IMG/VR virus record: IMGVR_UViG_3300020533_000001
Location: 1-56,247 of that record
Origin: a virus
Lineage: Duplodnaviria > Caudoviricetes
Strand: one strand, 5' to 3'
DNA: 56,247 nucleotides
Made by a program: the position numbers and the translations under genes. Shown piece after piece: positions 19,067 to 26,540 of the stretch; position 1 is the stretch's first letter; the number at the start of each line of letters is the position of its first letter. The notes beneath the pieces are model-generated. The model had not been told where the DNA came from. It searched no databases and was given only the letters and a program-made list of their open reading frames with translations.

Positions 19067-19714
19067 TTACTGCGCTACAAATCGCAGCATATTCGGGTGA
19101 ATCATTAGCGCTGTCTTGCCGCCTAATCGGGGGTACACCAGTATGTGGGGAGAAAATCGACTGCTTAAAAACAAAGTCGCATTAGCTACGCCCTTCTCGA
19201 CCCCCTCAAAGTCGTCCAAGATAATCAGCGCGTTCGGGTTCAACTCGCACATCAGATCCACATCATCAGGGGATAACCGCCCGTCGATGTAAAAGCAGTC
19301 AATGTGCTGCTTCTTGAATACGAATTGCTCTTCACAAGGCCAGTCAATTAACTTGCGAAACATCTGCGTCGATGTCGTCTTCGGGAATTGCTCCAAGGCA
19401 ACCCCAATGTCGCCCAACCGAATGTCGTTAGACGCATCACAGGTATAAATAACGCCCTGCCGCATCCCCGCAGCCAGAGCCTTGGTGGATCGCCCGATAT
19501 ATGTCCCCACTTCAGCCACCGATACTGGTCTGAAATAGTTAGCAATAGCGCGTAGCTCTCCCATGTCCATCGCCGTCAGGGAGCCAGTTTGATAGTCGGC
19601 CTGTATCTGCAAGCCCTCGTCGTCAGGCAACGGCATCGGGGTAATCCCATCAGGGGCAATCGCTCCCCATACCGCAGCCGAAAGAGTCATTCGATTTATT
19701 TTCAACGGATTCAC
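19067..19714 (-). CDS. Class I SAM-dependent methyltransferase (Methyltransf_24-like)
   Basis: AEVGTYIGRST, YTCD, FYIDG, IILDD. Confidence 0.78.
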   Translation of the reverse strand: MNPLKINRMTLSAAVWGAIAPDGITPMPLPDDEGLQIQADYQTGSLTAMDMGELRAIANYFRPVSVAEVGTYIGRSTKALAAGMRQGVIYTCDASNDIRLGDIGVALEQFPKTTSTQMFRKLIDWPCEEQFVFKKQHIDCFYIDGRLSPDDVDLMCELNPNALIILDDFEGVEKGVANATLFLSSRFSPHILVYPRLGGKTALMIHPNMLRFVAQ

Positions 19715-19914
19715 TTGGGTTCCTCCAATATCTGCCCAACGTATTTAGGAATCTCTTGGGTGTGAAAGTAAGACTTGCCCCTCGGATGCGGGTTGTTCGG
19801 ATCGTATGCCGCCCAATACACCACATCCCTCCCCGTTGCCGTTACTTGGCAGAGCAGGGGCATATTCTTGGTGTCGAGCCAATGCTTATGCTCAAAGATC
19901 GTTCCGCGCTTCAT
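19711..19914 (-). CDS. Hypothetical protein
   Basis: Coupled small ORF. Confidence 0.65.
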   Translation of the reverse strand: MKRGTIFEHKHWLDTKNMPLLCQVTATGRDVVYWAAYDPNNPHPRGKSYFHTQEIPKYVGQILEEPK

Positions 19915-20120
19915 GCGTCTCCCCCCGCGTGGTCAGTCTCCAAATAGTCCAATGCGGCCTCGTGCATCCGATCACGCTCGGTTTCGTTGCTTGTGTAATA
20001 CAGGATGAAGTTATCCAACACTTCCAGATGTTGCGTCAGGGTGAGTGTTACCCCACCCGATACCTTCCAGACGGGTTCGGATCGCTTGCTGTAATTCGGC
20101 GGCGGGATTAGGTCGCTCAT
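19911..20120 (-). CDS. Hypothetical protein
   Basis: Coupled small ORF. Confidence 0.65.
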   Translation of the reverse strand: MSDLIPPPNYSKRSEPVWKVSGGVTLTLTQHLEVLDNFILYYTSNETERDRMHEAALDYLETDHAGGDA

Positions 20121-20323
20121 GCGGCCTCCTCGCAGTCTTCTACTTCTTCCAATACAACCTCATGCCAGTCGTGTTGATCGTCACGATGCTCGTCGTCGCA
20201 GTCGTTCCAATCGCCATCCAATAATTTCTCACGCGCTTCTTGTTCGTTCTCTGCATACAGCCAAATCGTTCTCATGGCGCGGATCGTGACGGGGACAGAG
20301 AATTTGTAGAATTTCTCGCTCAT
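20117..20323 (-). CDS. Small acidic protein (DpnD/PcfM-like)
   Basis: VTIRA..YAENEQEA motif; acidic tail. Confidence 0.65.
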   Translation of the reverse strand: MSEKFYKFSVPVTIRAMRTIWLYAENEQEAREKLLDGDWNDCDDEHRDDQHDWHEVVLEEVEDCEEAA

Positions 20324-20490
20324 GCGACTTCCTCCACGCGCAGGGTTTCTTCTTCGTAGTCCTCTAAGTCGTCTGTTAAATCGACCGTGAAGTCTTCATG
20401 CGCTAACACTTGAGCAGCGTCCTCGTCCTCCGCCTCCACTCGCAGGGTTTTAACTACGGTCGCTCGGATCGTCACGTTGTAGAGTTTCAT
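20320..20490 (-). CDS. Small acidic protein (DpnD/PcfM-like)
   Basis: MKLYNVTIRA..VEAEDEDAA. Confidence 0.7.
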   Translation of the reverse strand: MKLYNVTIRATVVKTLRVEAEDEDAAQVLAHEDFTVDLTDDLEDYEEETLRVEEVA

Positions 20491-20717
20491 GCGGCCTCTC
20501 CCGTTGCTTTGATAATTGCGGCTGTAAAGTGATTGTTCCATTCGTTGAAAGACTGTGGATCGCCCAAGCCTTTTTGCCAATCGGCGCGTACACGCTGTAG
20601 TTCTTTAATTAATCGCTCGGCTTGATACAAACCTTCCTCTTTTTCGTATGAGTATTCGCTGCTCATCGCATACCAATACTTTTCCTCTCCGTCCTTATAA
20701 AAGTTTGACACTTTCAT
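20487..20717 (-). CDS. Hypothetical protein
   Basis: Coupled ORF ending AAIIKATGEAA. Confidence 0.65.
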   Translation of the reverse strand: MKVSNFYKDGEEKYWYAMSSEYSYEKEEGLYQAERLIKELQRVRADWQKGLGDPQSFNEWNNHFTAAIIKATGEAA

Positions 20718-20911
20718 GCGGCCTCCCGCTTTTCTTTAACGTCTTCGATAAAATCTTCAGCATGGACAACACCGCAATCGGTAAAAGCCTCGTCGTCGTC
20801 GTCCCATGTCTCGACGGCTATATCGTGCGCTTCATCCGGCGTGTCGGCCTCCACTTCGATTTGATAGATTCGATGCTCAACTCGGCAAAGCGAAACAGTA
20901 AAGCGTTTCAT
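20714..20911 (-). CDS. Small acidic protein (DpnD/PcfM-like)
   Basis: MKRFTV..IEVEADTPDEA. Confidence 0.7.
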   Translation of the reverse strand: MKRFTVSLCRVEHRIYQIEVEADTPDEAHDIAVETWDDDDEAFTDCGVVHAEDFIEDVKEKREAA

Positions 20912-21093
20912 GCGATCACCTCCACGCCCTCTGCATCAATACGCAATCGCTCAACAGGTTTTTCAGTAACGTCAAACACCTCCCAACCTGTTACCTCGTT
21001 GCCGATTAGTTCGTCGAATTGCCATTTCACGGGATGACAAAAACCCTCATCCCCATCTAATTCAATGTGGACTACAACGGCATACTTTTTCAT
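20908..21093 (-). CDS. Small acidic hypothetical protein
   Basis: Coupled ORF starting MKKYAV. Confidence 0.65.
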   Translation of the reverse strand: MKKYAVVVHIELDGDEGFCHPVKWQFDELIGNEVTGWEVFDVTEKPVERLRIDAEGVEVIA

Positions 21094-21296
21094 GCTGCTA
21101 CCCCTTGCGGAAAATCCGCGTCAATCGTTTGCAGTTGGTACTCGTAAGCCCAATGGTCGTTATCAAGTATGTAAACCAACTTACCGCGCTTGTCGGTCAG
21201 GCTTATAACTGTGGCGGGTTTCGGCGGCTCCGTTCCCCATGTCCCAGACCACATAACTCGTTGCCCTACTTGGTAGGCGTAATTTGTTTCTTCCAC
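21090..21296 (-). CDS. Small SH3-like hypothetical protein
   Basis: YQVGQRVMWSGTWG..NDHWAYEYQL; GTG start after the shared leader motif. Confidence 0.65.
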   Translation of the reverse strand: MEETNYAYQVGQRVMWSGTWGTEPPKPATVISLTDKRGKLVYILDNDHWAYEYQLQTIDADFPQGVAA

Positions 21297-21310
21297 TTGT
21301 GCTATTCCTC

Positions 21311-21493
21311 TCAGTTGTTCGTTTGTTCGTTTATCTTCTTCAACTCGTCGCCGCACTTCTCACAATAGAAAGCCTTGAACGGCTCACCATCTAGGTCGGC
21401 GTAACACTTGCTCTCCGGCTCCCACTTGTTGCAGCAGATACAGAGAACATTCCACGGTAGCGTCGAATACTGTTTGAGTCGTTGCAGGTTCAT
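21311..21493 (-). CDS. Small Zn-binding protein
   Basis: CICC..YCEKC; ATGA-coupled. Confidence 0.6.
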   Translation of the reverse strand: MNLQRLKQYSTLPWNVLCICCNKWEPESKCYADLDGEPFKAFYCEKCGDELKKINEQTNN

Positions 21494-21651
21494 ACGCCCT
21501 CCTCGCAGTCTCGTTTGTGATACGGGCAAAGGTTGAGCCGATTCCACTCCTCGCGGGGAACCCTCACCAGTAAAGAATCATCGAAAACCTCGACAACCTC
21601 TGCTAATTCCAAAATGTCAAAGGCCAATTCAATTTGCTCAAAGTCGTTCAC
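21490..21651 (-). CDS. Small acidic protein (53 aa, not in ORF track)
   Basis: VNDFEQIELAFDILEL..; GTGA and ATGA overlaps. Confidence 0.6.
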   Translation of the reverse strand: MNDFEQIELAFDILELAEVVEVFDDSLLVRVPREEWNRLNLCPYHKRDCEEGV

Positions 21652-21923
21652 GATTGCACCCCCGTTGCCTTGTTGATAGCGGATCGAATCGCCGCCAGTT
21701 TTTTAGAAATGATGGGTTGTTGTAAGTCGTCGTCCTCAAAGCCGGACATAAAGATTTCAGCGTCTTGCAATGCCGCCAGAAGATCAGGAGCCGCTGCCAT
21801 CAATAGCGCGGAGTTCTCGCTGCTTACTCCCTTAGCTACGGTACTCAGAGAGCGCGTGGAAATAACGTCATACGTCGGTGGTGAACCGCATCCATGAAAG
21901 TGTTTGAAGACTGACCAATTCAT
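21648..21923 (-). CDS. Hypothetical protein (AAAPDLLAAL family)
   Basis: MAAAPDLLAAL..AINKATG motif. Confidence 0.72.
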   Translation of the reverse strand: MNWSVFKHFHGCGSPPTYDVISTRSLSTVAKGVSSENSALLMAAAPDLLAALQDAEIFMSGFEDDDLQQPIISKKLAAIRSAINKATGVQS

Positions 21924-22423
21924 GCTACGGCTCCCAGAGCAGCGGATACCTGATGAGCCTTCATGCGGAAAATCTGCCCATCCGATATGCGAGTCACAAC
22001 CCACCCGCATCGATTGCCTTGTGCTTTTTCGTTCAAGACGTAAGAAACGCCGCCGTAGTTAATTCGCATTCCCATGATCGGGCGCGGCTTGGATGCTTTC
22101 TTCTTCCAGTATTCGCGCACCGCTTCGCGCCATCGGGTTGCGCTATCGTTTAACGGCTCCGTTGCCGTATCAATCAGTCGCAGGGGGCAGTCGTAGTAGT
22201 AGGGGTGCATGGTTTCGTCCATATCTTTATATCCCCATAGACCGTTAGACTTGCCTAACAGAAACAGGCCAATCAGTCGTTTACCTTCGTGCGTCTCGAA
22301 TTGCGCCCAGAGATGATTTCCCCGCAGCGAGTGATCGACAATCTTGGCGTTGCTGTATTGGTTCGGATTAAGCAGATGCTCGACTAGTGCCTCTTTCGAG
22401 GGCTTGAAAAATAACCAACCCAT
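21920..22423 (-). CDS. Conserved mobile-element protein (DUF6927-like)
   Basis: MGWLF, WGYKDMDETMHPYYYDCP, ATRWRE. Confidence 0.75.
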   Translation of the reverse strand: MGWLFFKPSKEALVEHLLNPNQYSNAKIVDHSLRGNHLWAQFETHEGKRLIGLFLLGKSNGLWGYKDMDETMHPYYYDCPLRLIDTATEPLNDSATRWREAVREYWKKKASKPRPIMGMRINYGGVSYVLNEKAQGNRCGWVVTRISDGQIFRMKAHQVSAALGAVA

Positions 22424-22474
22424 TTGTGCTACTCCTAGTTTGTGTTTGTGTTTAAGCCGCGAATTGATTGATGT

Positions 22475-22708
22475 TCAAGGACGCACCCCTAAAATCTCAA
22501 TAGCGGCCAAAAAGTACCCGTCCCATGCGGCGAATGACTCTGGATCATTCAATGCTTTACGCCAATGGTTACGAGTACGTTCAATGCGTTCGGGCAATTC
22601 ATCAGCCGTAAAATAGTTTTCTTGTAAGCACTCGAGTAAATAGTTGGCCTCATGCAAGGCTTCTTCTTTTTCGTAATCGTATGTTCCTGTGAAATCGGTA
22701 GTTAACAC
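22475..22708 (-). CDS. Small acidic hypothetical protein
   Basis: GTG start after ACTAGGAGTAACGCAA leader. Confidence 0.6.
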   Translation of the reverse strand: MLTTDFTGTYDYEKEEALHEANYLLECLQENYFTADELPERIERTRNHWRKALNDPESFAAWDGYFLAAIEILGVRP

Positions 22709-22768
22709 TTGCGTTACTCCTAGTTGTGCTTGTCTTAGTTTCGGCGGGTTAGCAGTCCCCGCCATTTG

Positions 22769-22797
22769 ATATTTACACAAGCCGCTTGTGCTTGCAA
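22769..22797 (-). promoter_or_regulatory. Early promoter with palindromic operator in the spacer
   Basis: TTGCAA followed by CACAAGCGGCTTGTG and an AT-rich -10; GC hairpin downstream at 22743-22763. Confidence 0.55.
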
Positions 22798-22808
22798 CAG
22801 TTCCAACA

Positions 22809-23120
22809 TTAAGTTTTCGTAATGATTGCTTCTAACTCTGCAATCCGTTGCTTCAGTCGCTCAATTAGCGTTTCAGACATTCGCAGCCGAGCGTTGAGTT
22901 GCGCTGTTTCGTCTAATGCGTCTGGGATCATCACAAACTTAGTGCCGACCTTTCGCGCCCTGCCGAGTGCTACATATCTAACGAGAGATTGACGGGCAGA
23001 AATGGACTCGCCGCGCACCTGATCGCCAAACATCTCTTTGGCCTTTTCGTGTATCTCTCTAACCGTTGCGGGGTCGGAGAAAGTAGCGAGTGCTTCAAGA
23101 TAAACGGTTTTATTCGCCAT
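22809..23120 (-). CDS. Putative winged-helix protein with coiled-coil tail
   Basis: PATVREIH..SARQSLVRYV; SD GAGGA. Confidence 0.6.
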   Translation of the reverse strand: MANKTVYLEALATFSDPATVREIHEKAKEMFGDQVRGESISARQSLVRYVALGRARKVGTKFVMIPDALDETAQLNARLRMSETLIERLKQRIAELEAIITKT

Positions 23121-23159
23121 ATAACATCCTCACATTTAAAAGCAAAAGTATAGACAAAT

Positions 23160-23510
23160 GAACGAAAGAATTTTAAGCATTGAATTAAAACAATAGCAAG
23201 TATGTAGCGAATTGTGGGGATAGGTTCTTACGAAAGAAATCGGGCGTGTTGAATCATTCCGTTTTTGTAAGTTACTGATTAGACAGGGTGAATCGGGTTT
23301 ATTTTCACGATTTTTAGATTGATTTGTTTCTTTCCTAGGCATACAAGAAAGAAAGGAAAGAGGGGAAAGGGGTAAAGAGAGGGGATATAGGAAAGAAATA
23401 AAAGAAAGGAGAGAATATATCTCTCTTATTACTAACTCTCTTTCTAATCAATCACTTACGAGCGTTCAATTCTTTCGTGTTGGTTCGTATATGTTCGTCG
23501 AAAGAAACAG
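23160..23510. other. Origin-like intergenic region (iterons, inverted IHF sites, polypurine tract)
   Basis: CGAAAGAA x4; WATCAR-N4-TTR at 23268-23280 (-) and 23446-23458 (+); purine run at about 23345-23415. Confidence 0.5.
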
Positions 23511-23526
23511 CGCGGCAGGGTTCGGG

Positions 23527-23555
23527 TTGCTCAAGCAGGTAGCGGCCTATATACT
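23527..23555 (+). promoter_or_regulatory. Sigma70-type promoter for terS
   Basis: TTGCTC-N17-TATACT. Confidence 0.6.
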
Positions 23556-23595
23556 CAAACACTAGGCAACGGGCTAACCATGGGAGCGCGTAAAC

Positions 23596-24147
23596 ATGAC
23601 GGAGAAGACGCAAGAGGCAACGAACAAGCAGGGGGGCTACCTAGGTAGCGGGGTAGTCGAGAAAGCCGCTCAGAGCGTCCTAGAGCGTCAGGATGAGAAA
23701 GCCGGTGTTATACATAACCACAACACCAGTTCGGCCATAGCCACTATAAAAGACAATCGCAAGCATCCAGACGTAGCAGTTGCCCAGACAGTTGCTCAAA
23801 TGGTGTTCGCAGGGATGACGCAAGACACGATAGCCAAAGTCCTAAAGATTGGCCTAGACACGCTTCACACTCACTACAAGCACGAACTCGACACGGGACA
23901 GGCAAGCATGGTGACCGACATTGCTCAGTCTCTCGCGCAACGTGCAAAGGCGGGGAGTGATACCGCTGCAATCTTCTTGCTTAAGACACGGGGAGCCGGA
24001 AAGTTTACGGAGCGCAACGGGATAGAACTAACGGGGAAAGATGGTGGAGCAATCGAGATCGCGCAACGTACAGAGATACTCCAGACTGTTAGCGGCTTAC
24101 TGAATAAGGGGATTACGATAGACGGGGAAGCCGAACCCCTAGACTGA
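23596..24147 (+). CDS. Terminase small subunit
   Basis: HTH (MTQDTIAKVLKIGLDTL..HYKHEL), AAIFLLKTR, IELTGKDGGAI. Confidence 0.75.
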   Translation: MTEKTQEATNKQGGYLGSGVVEKAAQSVLERQDEKAGVIHNHNTSSAIATIKDNRKHPDVAVAQTVAQMVFAGMTQDTIAKVLKIGLDTLHTHYKHELDTGQASMVTDIAQSLAQRAKAGSDTAAIFLLKTRGAGKFTERNGIELTGKDGGAIEIAQRTEILQTVSGLLNKGITIDGEAEPLD

Positions 24148-24151
24148 GCGC

Positions 24152-24180
24152 AAAAAAAAGGGGGAGAAAATCCCCCCCCT
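24152..24180 (-). terminator. Rho-independent terminator after ardC
   Basis: G-run/C-run stem flanked by an A8 run (U tract on minus). Confidence 0.7.
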
Positions 24181-24202
24181 AGTGTTGAATTGTGGCGGCT
24201 TG

Positions 24203-25099
24203 TTAGGCGGCTTCGGTAACGTCTTCGGCTTCGGCTTTCCCCGTGAGCATTTCGGCGGCTTCACGCGCCAGACTCGCGGCTTTGAAAATGGCTTTCTTAT
24301 CTTGCTTCAATACCGATAACCAGTTGTTAAGATACTGAGCGTGATCGACTCGCGGTTCGTTTGAAATACTGAGAGCAGCACAGCAAAAAGCCGCACCTAA
24401 CTCTGCGACCAATTCTTCAAAGGCGTAGGCATTGCTTCCGAAATTGTTCAGAAGTTTGCGATTCTTGCGCGACTCATGGCCTGTCCAATGGACTAACTCA
24501 TGTGCGAGCGTGGAGTAATAGCACTCAGTTGCGCTACTGGTAGCCGTTGCCGTGAATAGTTGCTTTTCTGGCATTTTAATAACGTCAAGCATGGGGGAAT
24601 AACACGCTCGCGGCTCCATAGAATGCCGGATGTTTGCTCCCGTATTTCGCGCCCATGCTTCTACACGCTCGATAGTTTCAACATCGTTTTTGTGATCGTC
24701 TTCGGTAACGTATCGGCAACGCTCCGCCAATGCTCCGTCAACTTGATCGGCATTAAAGACGTTGAAGTATTTAAGCATGGGAAAAACAGACTTCTTGCCA
24801 GTTTGCTTATCTTCTTTCTCTAACTTAGTGAAGAAGACGACAATGCTGCTTTTCTGCCCTTTCTTAACTGAGCATCCGGCGGCTTGCCATTGCTTGAAAG
24901 ATGCAAACGCGCAAGATTCGAACGGGGTGAAATTCAGAAGAAGACTATTCATTCCCCGATAGTTTTTTCCCGTTGTCGCGTTATATGGCCGGAGCGCGTT
25001 GCGCTTCTTATTAAATGGGTTAGTCCAATTCTTGCCGGAAGTCTCCATTTGTTTAATGACTTGATCGGTGACTGACTGATATAAATCGAATGTTGCCAT
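24203..25099 (-). CDS. ardC: ArdC-family antirestriction protein (ssDNA-binding plus zincin-like domain)
   Basis: YRGMN..L, FASFKQW..G..VKKG, VFNADQ, HELVHWTGH..R, YAFEELVAELGA, YL..WL..L. Confidence 0.9.
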   Translation of the reverse strand: MATFDLYQSVTDQVIKQMETSGKNWTNPFNKKRNALRPYNATTGKNYRGMNSLLLNFTPFESCAFASFKQWQAAGCSVKKGQKSSIVVFFTKLEKEDKQTGKKSVFPMLKYFNVFNADQVDGALAERCRYVTEDDHKNDVETIERVEAWARNTGANIRHSMEPRACYSPMLDVIKMPEKQLFTATATSSATECYYSTLAHELVHWTGHESRKNRKLLNNFGSNAYAFEELVAELGAAFCCAALSISNEPRVDHAQYLNNWLSVLKQDKKAIFKAASLAREAAEMLTGKAEAEDVTEAA

Positions 25100-25115
25100 T
25101 GTGCTATTCCCCTAT

Positions 25116-25214
25116 TTAGATATGAATGCCGATATAGATAGCGCAAGCAATCCAACAAACTACGAAAAGAAAACAATTCAGGCGAAAAAGAAAAGTCTCA
25201 AATTTGTTGCTCAT
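25116..25214 (-). CDS. 32-aa hydrophobic peptide (not in ORF track)
   Basis: MSNKFETFLFRLNCFLFVVCWIACAIYIGIHI; preceded by the shared leader CTAGGGGTAGCACC. Confidence 0.55.
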   Translation of the reverse strand: MSNKFETFLFRLNCFLFVVCWIACAIYIGIHI

Positions 25215-25247
25215 GGTGCTACCCCTAGTTAGTTATTCGACGGGGAT

Positions 25248-25277
25248 ATAATGAGCGCAAGCCGTTTGCGTTGTCAC
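25248..25277 (-). promoter_or_regulatory. Early promoter with palindromic operator in the spacer
   Basis: GTGACA-N18-CATTAT enclosing CGCAAACGGCTTGCG. Confidence 0.5.
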
Positions 25278-25278
25278 C

Positions 25279-25560
25279 GTATTTTGTTGCAGATATAAAA
25301 AATTTTTTCAGTATTTTGTTGCAGACTTTTACGGCAAGAATGTTGCGCGAATTGTGACGGCAAGATTGGTGCAAGAATGAGAACGGGAAGCAATGCGCGA
25401 ATGATTCTCAAAAAGTCCCTGAGACTCCCTATCAACTGAAAATGAGAATCAGTCGCATGGGTGCTGGCATGGGGGAGCACGAAAACGACACACGGGGGTA
25501 CGGGTCCCATCTGCCCAAACAATCTCCCAACCCGACTCCAACTTTTACTTGCACTACCCC
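25279..25560. other. Repeat-rich non-coding region at the strand switch (candidate pac/terminus) with Fur-box-like sites
   Basis: GTATTTTGTTGCAGA x2, ACGGCAAGA x2, TGCGCGAAT x2; CGCGAAT-G-ATTCTCA and TGAGAAT-C-AGTCGCA. Confidence 0.45.
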
Positions 25561-25586
25561 CTTGCGCAGGTTTACTCTAGGGTCCC

Positions 25587-26141
25587 ATGCTATATACCGG
25601 AGCCGCACCCCTACCCCGCCATACTTACTGCTACGTGCAGCCCCACACATTCGGCAACGAAGACTGGGTACGGGTAGCGTGGTTTGGGTTGGTATCCCAT
25701 CCGGGCAGAACGTGGGGATGTCATGTGATGTTGGAATGTGGGGCGGTGTACCGGAACGTCCCGCTGCATAAGCTCGCGCACAAAATCACAGGGACCCCTT
25801 GGGACCCCGCCGACGCACAGACTTGGGATTGCTACGGGAACCAGTTCAGCGTGCTGGAGTATCCGTTTCTCGAAGGGACCCGAATGCGTACCCGGCTACG
25901 GTCTAAGCAGGAACACACCGGTAACTACTTGTTTACCGCGATCCCGATGATGGACGGATTCAGTCTAGAGCCGGAGCAGAGCAAGGAGTTCTACTTCATC
26001 AAACTGGACAACGGGCGTTATACAGCGCAACCTACGAACCACGTTTTGGTGCTAGATAAATCGTTCATCACCGAAGCCAACTGGCCGAAGTTGAAGCGTC
26101 AAACTGAGATTTGGAGTGTTGACAATGGCAACGAAGTCTAA
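25587..26141 (+). CDS. Conserved phage hypothetical protein
   Basis: 184-aa globular-looking ORF; first gene of the late strand. Confidence 0.75.
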   Translation: MLYTGAAPLPRHTYCYVQPHTFGNEDWVRVAWFGLVSHPGRTWGCHVMLECGAVYRNVPLHKLAHKITGTPWDPADAQTWDCYGNQFSVLEYPFLEGTRMRTRLRSKQEHTGNYLFTAIPMMDGFSLEPEQSKEFYFIKLDNGRYTAQPTNHVLVLDKSFITEANWPKLKRQTEIWSVDNGNEV

Positions 26142-26307
26142 AGTGAACGCAGCGGGTAACTACACGAAGCCCGAGATGCGCAAGAAGTTGTTTAACGAGA
26201 TTAAGGCATCCGCAACCCAAGGCACCGCAGCGGGTCAATGGTCAGCCCGTAAGGCGCAGCTTTTAGCCAAACGCTACAAAGAGAAGGGCGGCGGGTACAA
26301 GTCATGA
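26125..26307 (+). CDS. Small basic protein (N-half of DUF5872-like)
   Basis: NYTKP..GQWSARKAQ..YKEKGGGY. Confidence 0.75.
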   Translation: MATKSKVNAAGNYTKPEMRKKLFNEIKASATQGTAAGQWSARKAQLLAKRYKEKGGGYKS

Positions 26308-26537
26308 AAGCCCCACAGAAGTCACTGAAGGACTGGACCGCGCAAGAATGGCGCACCAAATCGGGCAAGCCGTCATCAAAGACCGGCGAGCGGTATCTAC
26401 CTAAGGCAGCGATTGAGTCTCTGACCCCGCAGGAATATGCAGCCACCACTCGTGCTAAGCGTGAGGGCAAGGCGCAGGGTAAGCAGTTTGTAGCGCAGCC
26501 GAAGAAGATTGCGAAGAAGACCTCGCGATACCGGTAA
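26304..26537 (+). CDS. Small basic protein (C-half of DUF5872-like)
   Basis: QKSLKDWT.QEW.TK..ERYLPK..GKQFVAQP. Confidence 0.75.
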   Translation: MKAPQKSLKDWTAQEWRTKSGKPSSKTGERYLPKAAIESLTPQEYAATTRAKREGKAQGKQFVAQPKKIAKKTSRYR

Positions 26538-26540
26538 TCC

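Noticed and set aside
23136-23342. ORF in the origin-like region; also ORFs 25274-25522 and 25442-25771
   Set aside because: Low-complexity, motif-rich DNA without SD or protein-like composition; treated as non-coding.
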